The notes beneath the pieces are model-generated. The model saw only the letters and a list, made by a program, of their open reading frames with translations. It was not told the DNA's origin and did not search any database. This document shows positions 1 through 9,454 of a DNA stretch of 64,000 bases, one piece after another. This DNA comes from an uncultured delta proteobacterium (GTDB lineage: Bacteria > Desulfobacterota > Binatia > UBA9968). The stretch covers positions 134,123 to 198,122 of the forward strand of contig CAWERH010000013.1 of assembly GCA_963811315.1 (NCBI GenBank), read 5' to 3'. A program made the position numbers and the translations under genes. Each line of letters starts with the position of its first letter. The first letter of the stretch is position 1.

Positions 1-104
1 AGGATTTTCCCAAAGCCAAAACGGCCGATCCCAATTCGTTCATCGACAACAGCCTGATCAAGCCATTGGAAGACAGCGGTTTCATCAAAGCGCTCTATCC
101 GTAA
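1..104 (+). CDS. 3' end (partial; gene starts upstream of window) of NMT1/THI5-like periplasmic solute-binding protein paralog
   Basis: Reading frame ...DFPKAKTADPNSFIDNSLIKPLEDSGFIKALYP* ending TAA 102-104; about 90% nt identity to 3' end of downstream paralog (1261-1365). Confidence 0.6.
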   Translation, partial: DFPKAKTADPNSFIDNSLIKPLEDSGFIKALYP

Positions 105-182
105 GACCATGCCGCGAATCTCAGCGCTGGCAGCGACAATGGCTTTGCGTTCGGCAGTAGATGAGAGCAGCGTGCTTACATT
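1..182. repeat. Copy A of segmental tandem duplication (SBP 3' end plus decayed fragment of zinc-ribbon gene 5' end)
   Basis: 1-110 matches 1261-1370; 117-182 matches 1585-1652 (cagcgctggcagcg ... gagagcagcgtgcttacat shared) with a 5-nt deletion destroying the ORF; the 214-bp segment 1371-1584 is absent from copy A. Confidence 0.7.
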
Positions 183-348
183 AAAATCGAATATTTCCCC
201 TGCTTCTCCTTCCGATGCGGTTGTTTTTGTGAGCGCCCGGGGTCATTTTGTCATTGGCCCTCACGCGCGGCCAGGTTTATTTCGACAGCGATCAGTGACG
301 GGTGCAAAGAACAATCGAATTGATATTTCGGCGGAGGAAAGTTCCAAG

Positions 349-1365
349 ATGAAACGCACGCGGCTCGACATATATGCTCATGCCCTTGCCTGGCTTGTTA
401 TGGCCGGGGCTATTTCTCTAAACGGAATCAAAGCTCACGCCGCGGACAAAGTGCGAGTCGGGTTTTCCGCCATCAGCCTCGCCAATGCTCCAGTGTGGAT
501 CGCCGAAGAAAAGCAAATCTTCAGAAAATATGACATCGAGCCGGAATTGATCGTGGTCGGCGGCGGCGCAACCCGTTCGGTGAGCGCGGTGATCGCCGGC
601 GACTTGCAGTTCGGCACTACCGGCGGCGGCGCGATTATCAGCGCATCGCTGAGTGGCGCGGACGTCGTCATGGTCGCGGCCGGCAATAACAAAGGAGTTC
701 AACGCTTGGTCGTTAAACCGGAAATCAAAACGCCGGAGGCGCTCAAAAACAAAAGAATCGGTGTGACCATGCTGGGTTCCTCCGGCCATTTGGCCCTGCT
801 TCTTATCCAACGCAAGTGGGGCCAGAACCCCGATGACGTGCAAGTGGTTCAGCTGGGTTCATCTCCGGTGATGTTTATCAGCCTGCAAAAAGGCGGGATC
901 GATGGCGCGGTGCTTCAGGACCCGTCGTTTTTCATGGCCGAAGATGCCGGGTTCAAGACTCTGGCCGATCCAGCGGCGATGGACATCCACTATCTACAGA
1001 ACGTTCTGGTAACTTCGCGGAGCTACATCCGCAGCCATCGAGACGCCGCCGCGAGGTTCATGAAAGCCTTCGTCGAAGGCGTGGCCTTTTTCAAGAAGAA
1101 TAAAGAAGAGGCGTTACGAATCCTCACCAAGAAGATGCGCATCGAAAAAGGCAAGGAGAGTTATCTTGAGCGCTCCTACCAACTCTACGCCACCCAGTAT
1201 ATCGAAGCGGTCCCCTCTGCCTCCGTCAATGGGGCAAAAACCGTGCTGGAATTTCTTGTCAAGGATTTTCCCAAAGCCAAAACGGCCGATCCCAGCTCGT
1301 TCATCGACAACAGTTTGATCAAACCCCTGGAGGACAGCGGGTTTATTAAAGCGCTCTATCCGTAA
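349..1365 (+). CDS. ABC-type (nitrate/sulfonate/bicarbonate-like) NMT1/THI5-family periplasmic substrate-binding protein
   Basis: ORF track 109..1365; likely true start ATG 349 (MKRTRLDIYAHALAWLVMAGAISLNGIKAHA signal peptide) preceded by GGAGG at 333-337; NMT1-like sequence through C-terminus. Confidence 0.8.
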   Translation: MKRTRLDIYAHALAWLVMAGAISLNGIKAHAADKVRVGFSAISLANAPVWIAEEKQIFRKYDIEPELIVVGGGATRSVSAVIAGDLQFGTTGGGAIISASLSGADVVMVAAGNNKGVQRLVVKPEIKTPEALKNKRIGVTMLGSSGHLALLLIQRKWGQNPDDVQVVQLGSSPVMFISLQKGGIDGAVLQDPSFFMAEDAGFKTLADPAAMDIHYLQNVLVTSRSYIRSHRDAAARFMKAFVEGVAFFKKNKEEALRILTKKMRIEKGKESYLERSYQLYATQYIEAVPSASVNGAKTVLEFLVKDFPKAKTADPSSFIDNSLIKPLEDSGFIKALYP

Positions 1366-1652
1366 GACCAGACGGCGGATCTAGAATGGCGACGATGAGG
1401 CAGCGCAACCATTGGTGCGATAGGTCAAAGGCTGGTGATGATCGCGCCACACTCTTCACAACGGTAACGAACGGCTTTTTCCGCAGCATTGGAAACCGGT
1501 TCAAAGTTGTAGTGCTTCACGCCGGCGCTGTCGAAACATTCAGGGCAAAAACCGTCTCCCAGATCTTCCGGCGAGATGGTCAAATTGCAGCGCTGGCAGC
1601 GCACCTTGCCCTTGCGTTCGGGCAGGAGTTCGAGAGCAGCGTGCTTACATGC
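1261..1652. repeat. Copy B of segmental tandem duplication
   Basis: See copy A; includes intact 5' end of zinc-ribbon gene. Confidence 0.7.
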
Positions 1653-1658
1653 AGTCAT
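1425..1658 (-). CDS. Small Cys-rich zinc-ribbon-like protein (77-83 aa)
   Basis: MTACKHAAL...CQRC...CPEC...CEECG: three CxxC pairs; 7 nt downstream of ABC-F stop on same strand; start ATG 1658 (alternative TTG 1676); a decayed duplicate of its 5' end exists at 117-182. Confidence 0.45.
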   Translation of the reverse strand: MTACKHAALELLPERKGKVRCQRCNLTISPEDLGDGFCPECFDSAGVKHYNFEPVSNAAEKAVRYRCEECGAIITSL

Positions 1659-1683
1659 CGTGATGGCCGGCACCAAGGCGTGT

Positions 1684-3597
1684 TCAGCTCTTCGTGTTTG
1701 AGGCTAGTAACTCCAACTCCTGCCAGCGCCCATAGCAGACTTCAAGCTCTTGTCCGATCGACTCAAGCCGCTCCATGCTAGCAGTGATCTTCTCGCTCCC
1801 CTGGCGGTAAAAGTCGCCATGGCCGACGTGACCCTGCAATTCCGTTTGCTCGATCTCCAAGGCTTCGATCTTTGCGGGCAAGGCTGCCAATTCCCGCTGC
1901 TCTTTATAGGTGAGCTTACGGGGACTAGCGCCTTTTTTAGTTTCGGCGAACGTTGCTGGCTTCTGCCTGCTCGCCGGTTTTTTCGGCTCACTGAGCGCGT
2001 CGGGAATCTGCCGTTGATAGCGTTCCCAGTCGTCATAACCGCCGGCATATTCACCGAACTTGCCGTCGCCCTCGAACACTAACGTGCTGGTCACGACGTT
2101 GTCGAGAAAAGTTCGGTCATGGCTGACGAGCAGCAAGGTTCCTTCGTACTCGGAAAGAAGCTCTTCCAAAAGCTCCAACGTGTCGACATCCAAATCATTG
2201 GTCGGCTCGTCGAGAACTATCATGTTCGCCGACTGGGTGAAGATTTTTGCCAAAAGCAAACGATTGCGCTCGCCGCCGGATAACGCCTTTACCGGCGAAT
2301 CGATGCGTTGAGGCGGGAACAAAAAGTCTTTCAGGTAACCGATCACGTGGCGCGAACGTCCGCGCACCGTGACGTGGTCCGAGTCGCTGATATTTTCGCG
2401 CACGGTCTTTTCGGGATCGAGCGTGCGGCGGTGCTGGTCGAAATAGGCTAGTTGTAACCGCGTGCCCAAAACGACTTCGCCGGTAGTCGGTTCGAGCTCG
2501 CCAAGGATCAGCTTAAGCAATGTGCTTTTCCCGGAGCCGTTCGGACCGATGATGCCGACGCGATCGCCGCGCAGAATGCGCGTCGATAGATCCCGGACGA
2601 TGACGTTCTCACCATAACAAAAGCTGACCCGACGCACGTCGACTACGAGTTTGCCCGACTGTCCACCGGCGTCGATACCGAAGCGGGCTTTGCCTTGGGC
2701 TTCTAGGCGCTGAGCTTTCTCCTTGCGCAGCGCTTGTAACTCGCGCACGCGTCCTTCATTGCGCGTCCGTCTTGCCTTAACGCCGCGGCGAATCCAAGCC
2801 TCCTCTTCAGCCAGTTTTTTGTCGAACTTAGCGCTGGCGCGATCCTCGATCTCCAAGAGTTCGTCTTTTTTGCTGAGATAAGCGTCAAAGTCGCCGGGAA
2901 ACGAGGTCAGCCTGCCGCGATCGAGCTCGACGATGCGCGTTGCCAGGCGGCGCACAAAGGTCCGGTCATGGGTGATGAACATGACCGCGCCGCTGTAGTT
3001 GAGGAGATGTTTCTCCAGCCAGGTGATCGCATTGATGTCGAGATGGTTGGTCGGTTCGTCGAGCAGGAGCAGATCCGGCTCGCTCACCAAGGCGCGCGCC
3101 AGCATGATTTGCCGGCGTGTCCCGCCGGAACAGTCGGCGAGGCGTTTGTCCTCGGGCAAGCTCAATCGGGTCAAGATGGTCTCAACTTTTTGATTGACGT
3201 TCCAACCGCCGAACGCCTCGATGCGGGATTGCAGTTGCGCCAGGCGCCGCAAAGCCATGGGGTCGGCGGCGCCTGCTTCGTGCGAGACTTGGTGGTACTC
3301 GCTAAGGAGCGCGCCGATCTCGCCAAGGCCACCGGCAACAACTTCGAAAATCGTTTGATCCGTATCCGGCGGCACTTCCTGTTCCAAGTGGCCGACCCGC
3401 AGCGTCTCCGTTCGCCGAGTCTCGCCTTCGTCCGGCACCGCTGCGCCCGTGATGACGCGAAACAACGTGGTCTTTCCGGTGCCGTTGCGACCCACCAAGC
3501 AAACCCGCTCGCCCACGTCGATGTGAAAATCGACATGCGCCAGCAGCGGCAAGTGGCCGAATGCAAGAGAGACATTTTCGAGGCGCAGTAAGGACAT
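1684..3597 (-). CDS. ABC-F family ATPase (Uup/EttA-like; two ABC domains plus C-terminal coiled coil)
   Basis: Two Walker A motifs GRNGTGKTT and GPNGSGKST, two LSGG signatures (LSGGTRRQIM, LSGGERNRL), no TM segments, 637 aa. Confidence 0.9.
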   Translation of the reverse strand: MSLLRLENVSLAFGHLPLLAHVDFHIDVGERVCLVGRNGTGKTTLFRVITGAAVPDEGETRRTETLRVGHLEQEVPPDTDQTIFEVVAGGLGEIGALLSEYHQVSHEAGAADPMALRRLAQLQSRIEAFGGWNVNQKVETILTRLSLPEDKRLADCSGGTRRQIMLARALVSEPDLLLLDEPTNHLDINAITWLEKHLLNYSGAVMFITHDRTFVRRLATRIVELDRGRLTSFPGDFDAYLSKKDELLEIEDRASAKFDKKLAEEEAWIRRGVKARRTRNEGRVRELQALRKEKAQRLEAQGKARFGIDAGGQSGKLVVDVRRVSFCYGENVIVRDLSTRILRGDRVGIIGPNGSGKSTLLKLILGELEPTTGEVVLGTRLQLAYFDQHRRTLDPEKTVRENISDSDHVTVRGRSRHVIGYLKDFLFPPQRIDSPVKALSGGERNRLLLAKIFTQSANMIVLDEPTNDLDVDTLELLEELLSEYEGTLLLVSHDRTFLDNVVTSTLVFEGDGKFGEYAGGYDDWERYQRQIPDALSEPKKPASRQKPATFAETKKGASPRKLTYKEQRELAALPAKIEALEIEQTELQGHVGHGDFYRQGSEKITASMERLESIGQELEVCYGRWQELELLASNTKS

Positions 3598-3664
3598 GCC
3601 GAACGAATCCGCTGATCTAAATATCGGATCGACACCGATGCAGTAAAAGTATGGGGTTTCGAAG

Positions 3665-3958
3665 CTAACGCATTAATGCGGTGGCAAAGGCCAATGCGGC
3701 AACGGTCGCCGTGGCGATCAGCAAGACGATTACGATCCGCAATTTCTTTTGGGTTTTCTCCAGCAACGCATGGATCACCTTGATTTGCACGTCGACGTTT
3801 TCATTGAGCACCGACTGGATTTCCATGGCCTTTTCCAGCGCATCGAACTGAGCCTCGACGCCATTGGATCTCGGCTCGGCGAGACGATTGCGCAAACTGA
3901 TCAGCGCAGCAGCGCCAGTCGGGATCAAGAGCCCCAGCTTTTTGAGCAATGCCTTCAT
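3665..3958 (-). CDS. Hypothetical small protein with C-terminal transmembrane anchor
   Basis: 97 aa; C-terminal IVIVLLIATATVAALAFATALM hydrophobic helix; upstream of ABC-F on same strand. Confidence 0.4.
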   Translation of the reverse strand: MKALLKKLGLLIPTGAAALISLRNRLAEPRSNGVEAQFDALEKAMEIQSVLNENVDVQIKVIHALLEKTQKKLRIVIVLLIATATVAALAFATALMR

Positions 3959-4087
3959 GCTTCGCCATCCATCGTTGCTCTATCATAACCTACTCGCGCA
4001 ATACGGCAATATGCGGTTCGGCTACAGTACAGCACGAGGCGCAATCACGGATTCAATGAGAACCCCGCGTTAAAAGAATCGACTGCC

Positions 4088-5077
4088 TCAAGCTCTCAAT
4101 GCCGGAAGAACTTCTCGACCCAGCAGCTCGATTTGCTCGTACCAATCGGCGTAGCGAAACCGTAAATCGTAAACGATGTGGTCGGCACCGGCCGTTTCGT
4201 AGGCGCGGCTCTCGCCGACGATATCCGCCGGCGTGCCCGCCAAGACCAAACCGCGAATATCGTCCGGCGTATCAAAAACACCGCCGGGCGGCTTTACCCA
4301 AGTCGGAAACTTGTTTGCTTCGGAGATCAGAGCCTCGAAGTTGATTCTGCTGAGCGCATCCTGACGATCGCGAGCGACACTGGTGAATGGCATGACCGCA
4401 GCGCCAATCATCGGCTTGGCGGCTTTGGCGCAGAGCTCGCCGAGGTAAGATTTCAGTTTGCGAAAGGTCGCTAGCGTTGTGCGCGCCGGCATCCAACCGT
4501 CGCAATATTCCACGGCGCGCCGGCAAGCGGCCGGCGTGCCGCCGCCGTACCAGATGGGTATTGGTTTTACCGGCGTGGGTTTCAGTGCCACATCGGTAAA
4601 ATTGAAATACTCGTTCTTGAAGGTTATGCGCTCGCCGCTCCAGAGGCGGCGGCATATATCCACATTCGTCCTGACCAGTTCGGCGCGCGCGGCGATATCG
4701 GTCGGATAGCCCGCCGCTGCGAACTCATGAGGGAATCCGCCTAAGCCGATGCCCATGATGACCCGGCCCCCCGAGATGGTGCTCAAGCCGGCGAAAAGCT
4801 GCGCGAGATGAATTGGATGACGATGACAAATCGTCATTGACGTGCCGAGGGAGATCGTGCGAGTCGTCGCAGCGATCGCCGACAGGATTAATAAGCCCTC
4901 GATATGAGTGTTGTCGTTCCCCTCGATGCCGTGGGGCTCGAAAACCAAATGATCTCTCACCCAAACCGAATCGAAGCCAAGCGCCTCGGCTCTTCGGGCA
5001 CCGTCGAGACAATCGATGGCTGAGGCAAACTCACAAAAGTGCGGCAGCAATAAACCAAACTTGAGCGTGGTTGCCAT
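4088..5077 (-). CDS. LLM-class (luciferase-like) flavin/F420-dependent oxidoreductase
   Basis: MATTLKFGLLLPHF...GFDSVWVRDHL... typical LLM N-terminus and TIM-barrel length (329 aa). Confidence 0.85.
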   Translation of the reverse strand: MATTLKFGLLLPHFCEFASAIDCLDGARRAEALGFDSVWVRDHLVFEPHGIEGNDNTHIEGLLILSAIAATTRTISLGTSMTICHRHPIHLAQLFAGLSTISGGRVIMGIGLGGFPHEFAAAGYPTDIAARAELVRTNVDICRRLWSGERITFKNEYFNFTDVALKPTPVKPIPIWYGGGTPAACRRAVEYCDGWMPARTTLATFRKLKSYLGELCAKAAKPMIGAAVMPFTSVARDRQDALSRINFEALISEANKFPTWVKPPGGVFDTPDDIRGLVLAGTPADIVGESRAYETAGADHIVYDLRFRYADWYEQIELLGREVLPALRA

Positions 5078-5144
5078 GAAATCCCTGGTGCAATGAGCAA
5101 AGATGCTGGGTCACCTAGAAGCAAAGACTTGACTGAAAAGCGCA

Positions 5145-5672
5145 TTAAAACTGGACGAGGTATTCCTTGCCAGTGGCGCCCCTACAGCGACCGATGCCGC
5201 TCCCCGTATAGGATGAGCCGATCAAAAAACATTGCATGGTGGTGCGGCGGTCGCCCTGCAGATTTGCCGTCCAATAGAACAGAGGGCCGCTGACCGCGAC
5301 TCCGGGGCTCCCCGGTGGTCCAATCAATGGCTCTGCATAGGCGGTTTGATTAAACGCCGAGGAAGCGCCGAAGAAACCGACCAAACCACCGCCGTGTTGA
5401 GAGAGATCCGGCCCGTCCATGGCGATGGTGCCGATGCCAAAGGTTTTTTCGTAGCCATCAACAAACGTGCGCCGAGCCACGCGTGAAAACGTGCCGACCA
5501 GGATTTCCCCTTCCGTCCCGATAACCTGCATCAAGCCGTCGTCACCGCGAGCGTAACGCCAGCGGCCTTGCCATATTTCACCATCGCTGGAAACGAAACT
5601 GACCCGATTCGCGCAGCCGCAAACGCTGGCTAGCGAAAACAATAACGGGACGACAATAAAGAAATGTTTCAA
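5145..5672 (-). CDS. Hypothetical lipoprotein
   Basis: Signal peptide with lipobox MKHFFIVVPLLFSLASVCGC; Gly-rich 175 aa. Confidence 0.5.
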   Translation of the reverse strand: MKHFFIVVPLLFSLASVCGCANRVSFVSSDGEIWQGRWRYARGDDGLMQVIGTEGEILVGTFSRVARRTFVDGYEKTFGIGTIAMDGPDLSQHGGGLVGFFGASSAFNQTAYAEPLIGPPGSPGVAVSGPLFYWTANLQGDRRTTMQCFLIGSSYTGSGIGRCRGATGKEYLVQF

Positions 5673-6176
5673 GCCGAAGTTTCCTGCGTTGGACGCATGG
5701 GAATTTTAAACCATCCTGAGTGAACATACCAAGCTCACTCAAGGTTCATCACGGCGGAAACGGGCCGACGCCTTTTCTGAACAATTGCTCTAGGCCCGCT
5801 CGCCACTTGATCGCGGATAATGCATTGCGAAATCATTCGATCTGGCAACAATGACATCGGGCGAAGCGCACAGACAGTACACGCATCTTGACCTTAAGCG
5901 CGAGCGGACTCTTCTCAGCGAGCCAATGGCGAATTCGCCGACTTGCAGTCTGACACGATCCCACATGGGAGATCAGACCGTGCACTCCGCTTCCTTCGCC
6001 ACTATAGCTTGCAACAATACGTATTATAAATAATAGTTATATCTAAACTTCTAAGCTAACACTAGAGTAATTTCTCTGGCGGCGAAATGACCAAAATTGA
6101 GCCCCCCGGCAAACCGACCTTGGCGTCTTCCCGCCAGAGATTGATGCGCAAGTGTCCAGGTTTTATCTAATTTAGC

Positions 6177-6653
6177 TTATGAGTTTTTCCCATGTTGCTT
6201 CATAGCGGCTTCTGCCCGCTTATGAAGTTCCTCGGGCGAAAGGTCTTCTTTGTGGGTCGCAATCGACCACACATGGCCAAAGGGGTCTTCTACCGTCCCA
6301 GACCGATCACCGTAGAATTGGTCCTCCACGGGACGGAGCACCTTCGCGCCGGCCGCGACAGCCCGGTCGAAGCATGAATCCACGTCTCTCACATATAGAA
6401 CAAGACTTACGCCGGTTCCTCCAATCGACTGTGGGCTACGAAATCCCATATCCGGGAACTCGTCCGCCAACATGATCGCGGAACCATCGATTTCGATTTC
6501 CGCATGCCCAACGGTGCCGTTCGGCCCATCCATTCGCATGCGCTGCGAAGCGCCGAACACTTTCTTATAATAATCGATCGCGCGACCCGCCCCCTTTATG
6601 ATGAGATAAGGGGTCACGCTGTGATAGCCATCGGGAATCGGTTTTACTGCCAT
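6177..6653 (-). CDS. VOC family protein (glyoxalase/bleomycin-resistance fold, PhnB-like)
   Basis: MAVKPIPDGYHSVTPYLIIKGAGRAIDYYKKVFGA...; start ATG 6653 with GGAGGTG RBS; track ORF extends to 6701 upstream of the RBS. Confidence 0.85.
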   Translation of the reverse strand: MAVKPIPDGYHSVTPYLIIKGAGRAIDYYKKVFGASQRMRMDGPNGTVGHAEIEIDGSAIMLADEFPDMGFRSPQSIGGTGVSLVLYVRDVDSCFDRAVAAGAKVLRPVEDQFYGDRSGTVEDPFGHVWSIATHKEDLSPEELHKRAEAAMKQHGKNS

Positions 6654-6899
6654 GATTTCACCTCCTGGCTTGACGTTAACTCCGAAAAAAACGTGACACA
6701 ATAATCATCGTGTTAAAAAACAGTAACGACTGGGAGCAAGCTAAAAATTGGCAATCTTGTTGAGCTGGCGCCACGTCGCGCGCGCAAATTCTACTTCAAT
6801 ATTTCATTCAGCAACTTATCGGCGGGCCGGCGGTCGGAAAATTTCGGGTCGTCGCGCTCGCCGCGTCGACGATATCTCAAAGCCGATCCTGCGGGCTTG

Positions 6900-7330
6900 T
6901 GAGTGCATGGCGGCCACGTCTTCGACCACCGCGAAAGACAGAGTCTGTTGCCAAGGAATCATCGAAGCGCAGCGAGTCGGAACCGCCAGGGTCTTCGACA
7001 TACAGTTCGATCGCGCATCGCATGTGGGTCGCAAGAGTCTCCAGTCTGGCCGTAATGACATAACTTCCGTCGGTCCTGATGAGGCGCGCGATCTGAGCGA
7101 GCTGAATCGTGCCGGCGAAAAGACGTCAGTTTCTTCGGCATCGAGCGGAGCGCAGTTTGCCCTGCCACCATTTCGAGCCATCGATAACCTCCGGCAGCGA
7201 TAACATCGGCTTGACCGGATCGAGCAGCTTGCCGACGTGGAGCGTGTTGAAGGCGGTGCCTTTGCCGCCGGCGATGGTCGCGGCGAAGCTGGCGACAGTG
7301 AAACAAGGCAGATTCAGTGAGAAAGATAAA
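6900..7330 (-). other. Fragmented ORF pieces of unknown function (multiple frames)
   Basis: Three overlapping minus-strand ORF fragments (…DGSYVITARLETLATHMRCAIELYVEDPGG…, …FTVASFAATIAGGKGTAFNTLHVGKLL…) suggest a frame-shifted gene; no family recognised. Confidence 0.25.
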
Positions 7331-7345
7331 GCAGTTTCTCGTCTA

Positions 7346-8282
7346 TTAAACTTTAGTGAAGACTTCCTGCGCCATCCACTCCATCCGCTCGAACGTTTCA
7401 TTGATGCTCGGCTGGCGCACGTCGAAGATCATGGTATCGACTCCCGCATCGCGGTAGGCGCGGATGTCGGAGGCGATCTCTTCGGCGCCGCCCATGAAGC
7501 GGCGGCGCCGGCCCTCGATCTTTTTTTCCTTGTCGAAGAGCGAGCCTTTGAGGGCGACGCGAATTTGTTTTGGGTCGCGGCCGGCTTTTTGCGCGTACTC
7601 GGTCAGAGTGGCCATGTCTTTCTTGATGTGCTCGGGTTCGAGCGGGATCGTCGGCACGCCTCCGATCGGGTGCCAGCCGTCGCCCAACTGTCCGGCGCGC
7701 CGCAACGCTTGCTTGCTATGGCCGCCGATCCAGATGGGAATCGCCGGTTTTTGCACTGGCTTGGGAAGAAAAATAATATTGGAAAACTTGCAGTACTTAC
7801 CATTGAAGGAAGGATTGTCGCTAGTCCACAGCTCTCTGAAGGCTTGGATGTACTCGTCGGTCACTTTGCCGCGTTCTTCGTAGGGCGGCGCTTTTAGATT
7901 TTCAAACTCCTCTTTCATCCAACCGACACCCAAACCGGCGATCACCCTGCCGTTCGACAACACGTCGAGACTCGCGAGCATTTTAGCGGTGATGATCGGA
8001 TTGCGATACGGCGCGATCATCACACTGGTGATGAATTTGATTGTTTTGGTGGCGCCAGCAAGGAATCCCATGGTCGCCAACGTTTCAAGATGGTAACCAG
8101 TGCCCGGGTATTTGCCGTCGACGGTGTAGGGATAGGGCACGGAAATATCGCGCGGCACGATCACGTGATCGGCGATCGTGAGGCAATGCAGTCCCAGCGC
8201 TTCGGCGCGTTTGCGCGAAGCGCACCAAGTCGTCGGCCTTTACCGCCGCGCTCGACGCCGGCAGATGGAGTCCAAAATCCAT
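7346..8282 (-). CDS. LLM-class F420/flavin-dependent oxidoreductase, frame-shifted near 8205-8212
   Basis: N-terminus MDFGLHLPASSAAVKADDLVRFAQ (8282..) continues after a 1-nt shift as RAEALGLHCLTIADHVIVPRDISVPYPY... (frame of 7346..8164); shift at caaa run. Confidence 0.7.
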
Positions 8283-8288
8283 GGTGGT

Positions 8289-8862
8289 TTACCCTACTTG
8301 CGCAGATAAGATTTGCCGATCTTGCCGGAGCGCGATCGGTTCGCCGGTGCGGATCACGCCGTCGCTCAAGATCGCCGCCTTGAGACCGCTGCGATGTTCG
8401 AGAGCCTTGAAAATGGCCGGCAGCTTGGTGACTTTTACCAGGTGGCCACAGGGTTCGAACAAACGAATGCCGCGCATCAGGACTCCACCGACAGTGAATT
8501 CGTGACCGAGCAATTCGATCAACGGCACGCCCCGCGTCACGATATTGCGACGGGTCAGAACTCCGATCGAGTCCATAGACAGTTCCTTCGCCGCGAGTTG
8601 AAGGACTTCATCCTCGATCAGGCTCACGGCTTTGTCCGCGCGGTTCACGGCATTCCAGGACTCGCGAAAGAACCGATCGCCTTCCAAGCCGCGGTCGGCA
8701 AAAGCGCGCGCCTCCGGCACTGAGACCATCTCGCCCGCGGATTCCGGCGTAACAAAAATCGCCGCGACGCTGCCTTGCCAAGTCGCAGCTCTTCGGTTTG
8801 AAGCCGCGCCACAGCTCGAGCGGCATTTCCTCGGGCATGGGTCGAATTGCTTGTTGAGCCAT
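8289..8862 (-). CDS. MOSC domain protein (YiiM-like), frame-shifted
   Basis: C-terminal ORF has GLEGDRFF motif and MOSC-like beta-barrel region; N-terminal piece MAQQAIRPMPEEMPLELWRGFKP (start 8862, RBS GGGGAGAG) is in another frame. Confidence 0.55.
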
Positions 8863-8943
8863 ATTCTCTCCCCAAAACGACACCGGCCACTGATACTTCA
8901 GTGGCCGGTGGTTGAGCTGAAGCTGTATTTCGGACCGAGCGCT

Positions 8944-9426
8944 TTATCCAGCCGAGTCCGCAAAAAAGCGAGTGTCTTCGATCGGCGGCACCGTCTTGTT
9001 CTCTTCCGAGGAAGCGATCAGCGGCTTGCCATCGGGGCGCACGCGCATATCCTCACCGCCCTGGGCTTTCCCTTTGATGCCCGCGCCGACGCGGATCACG
9101 ACGAGATTTTCCGGGCCGGTATTGAGATAACGATAATAGGCGCCCTTGGGAATCATGACTCCCTGATGTTTTTCGACCTTGATCTCGCCGCCCTTTTCGT
9201 CGAATACGCTCATCTGGCCTTCGAGCACAATGAACGAATGGTCTTCATCGAGATGGCAGTGAATCTCGTTTTCGCCGCCCTCGTAGTTGATCTTGGTGTG
9301 AATCCACATGTTTTCGGTCTCGGCGACCAACTGCGTGATCCGGCCCTGCTTCATGTACGGGGTCCGTAGCGAAAACTTTTGCGTCTTCGGTTTCTCCGTC
9401 GGTTCTAATTTTCTTGCTGCGTTCAT
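8944..9426 (-). CDS. Cupin-domain protein
   Basis: MNAARKLEP...HCHLDEDHSFIVLEGQMSVFDEKGGEIKVEKHQGVMIPKGAYYRY; start ATG 9426 with AAGGAG RBS. Confidence 0.7.
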   Translation of the reverse strand: MNAARKLEPTEKPKTQKFSLRTPYMKQGRITQLVAETENMWIHTKINYEGGENEIHCHLDEDHSFIVLEGQMSVFDEKGGEIKVEKHQGVMIPKGAYYRYLNTGPENLVVIRVGAGIKGKAQGGEDMRVRPDGKPLIASSEENKTVPPIEDTRFFADSAG

Positions 9427-9454
9427 CGGAACTCCTTTCAAGGTGGTTGGTGAT

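Noticed and set aside
1386-1781. Plus-strand 131-aa ORF overlapping the zinc-ribbon ORF
   Set aside because: No motifs, Arg/Ala-rich antisense-type composition. The minus-strand ORF has CxxC pairs and a duplicated remnant supporting it.
2968-3591. 207-aa plus-strand ORF inside the ABC-F gene
   Set aside because: Antisense to a well-supported gene; typical high-GC shadow ORF.
7109-7897. 262-aa plus-strand ORF
   Set aside because: Antisense to the LLM oxidoreductase gene (7346..8282); no recognisable domain.
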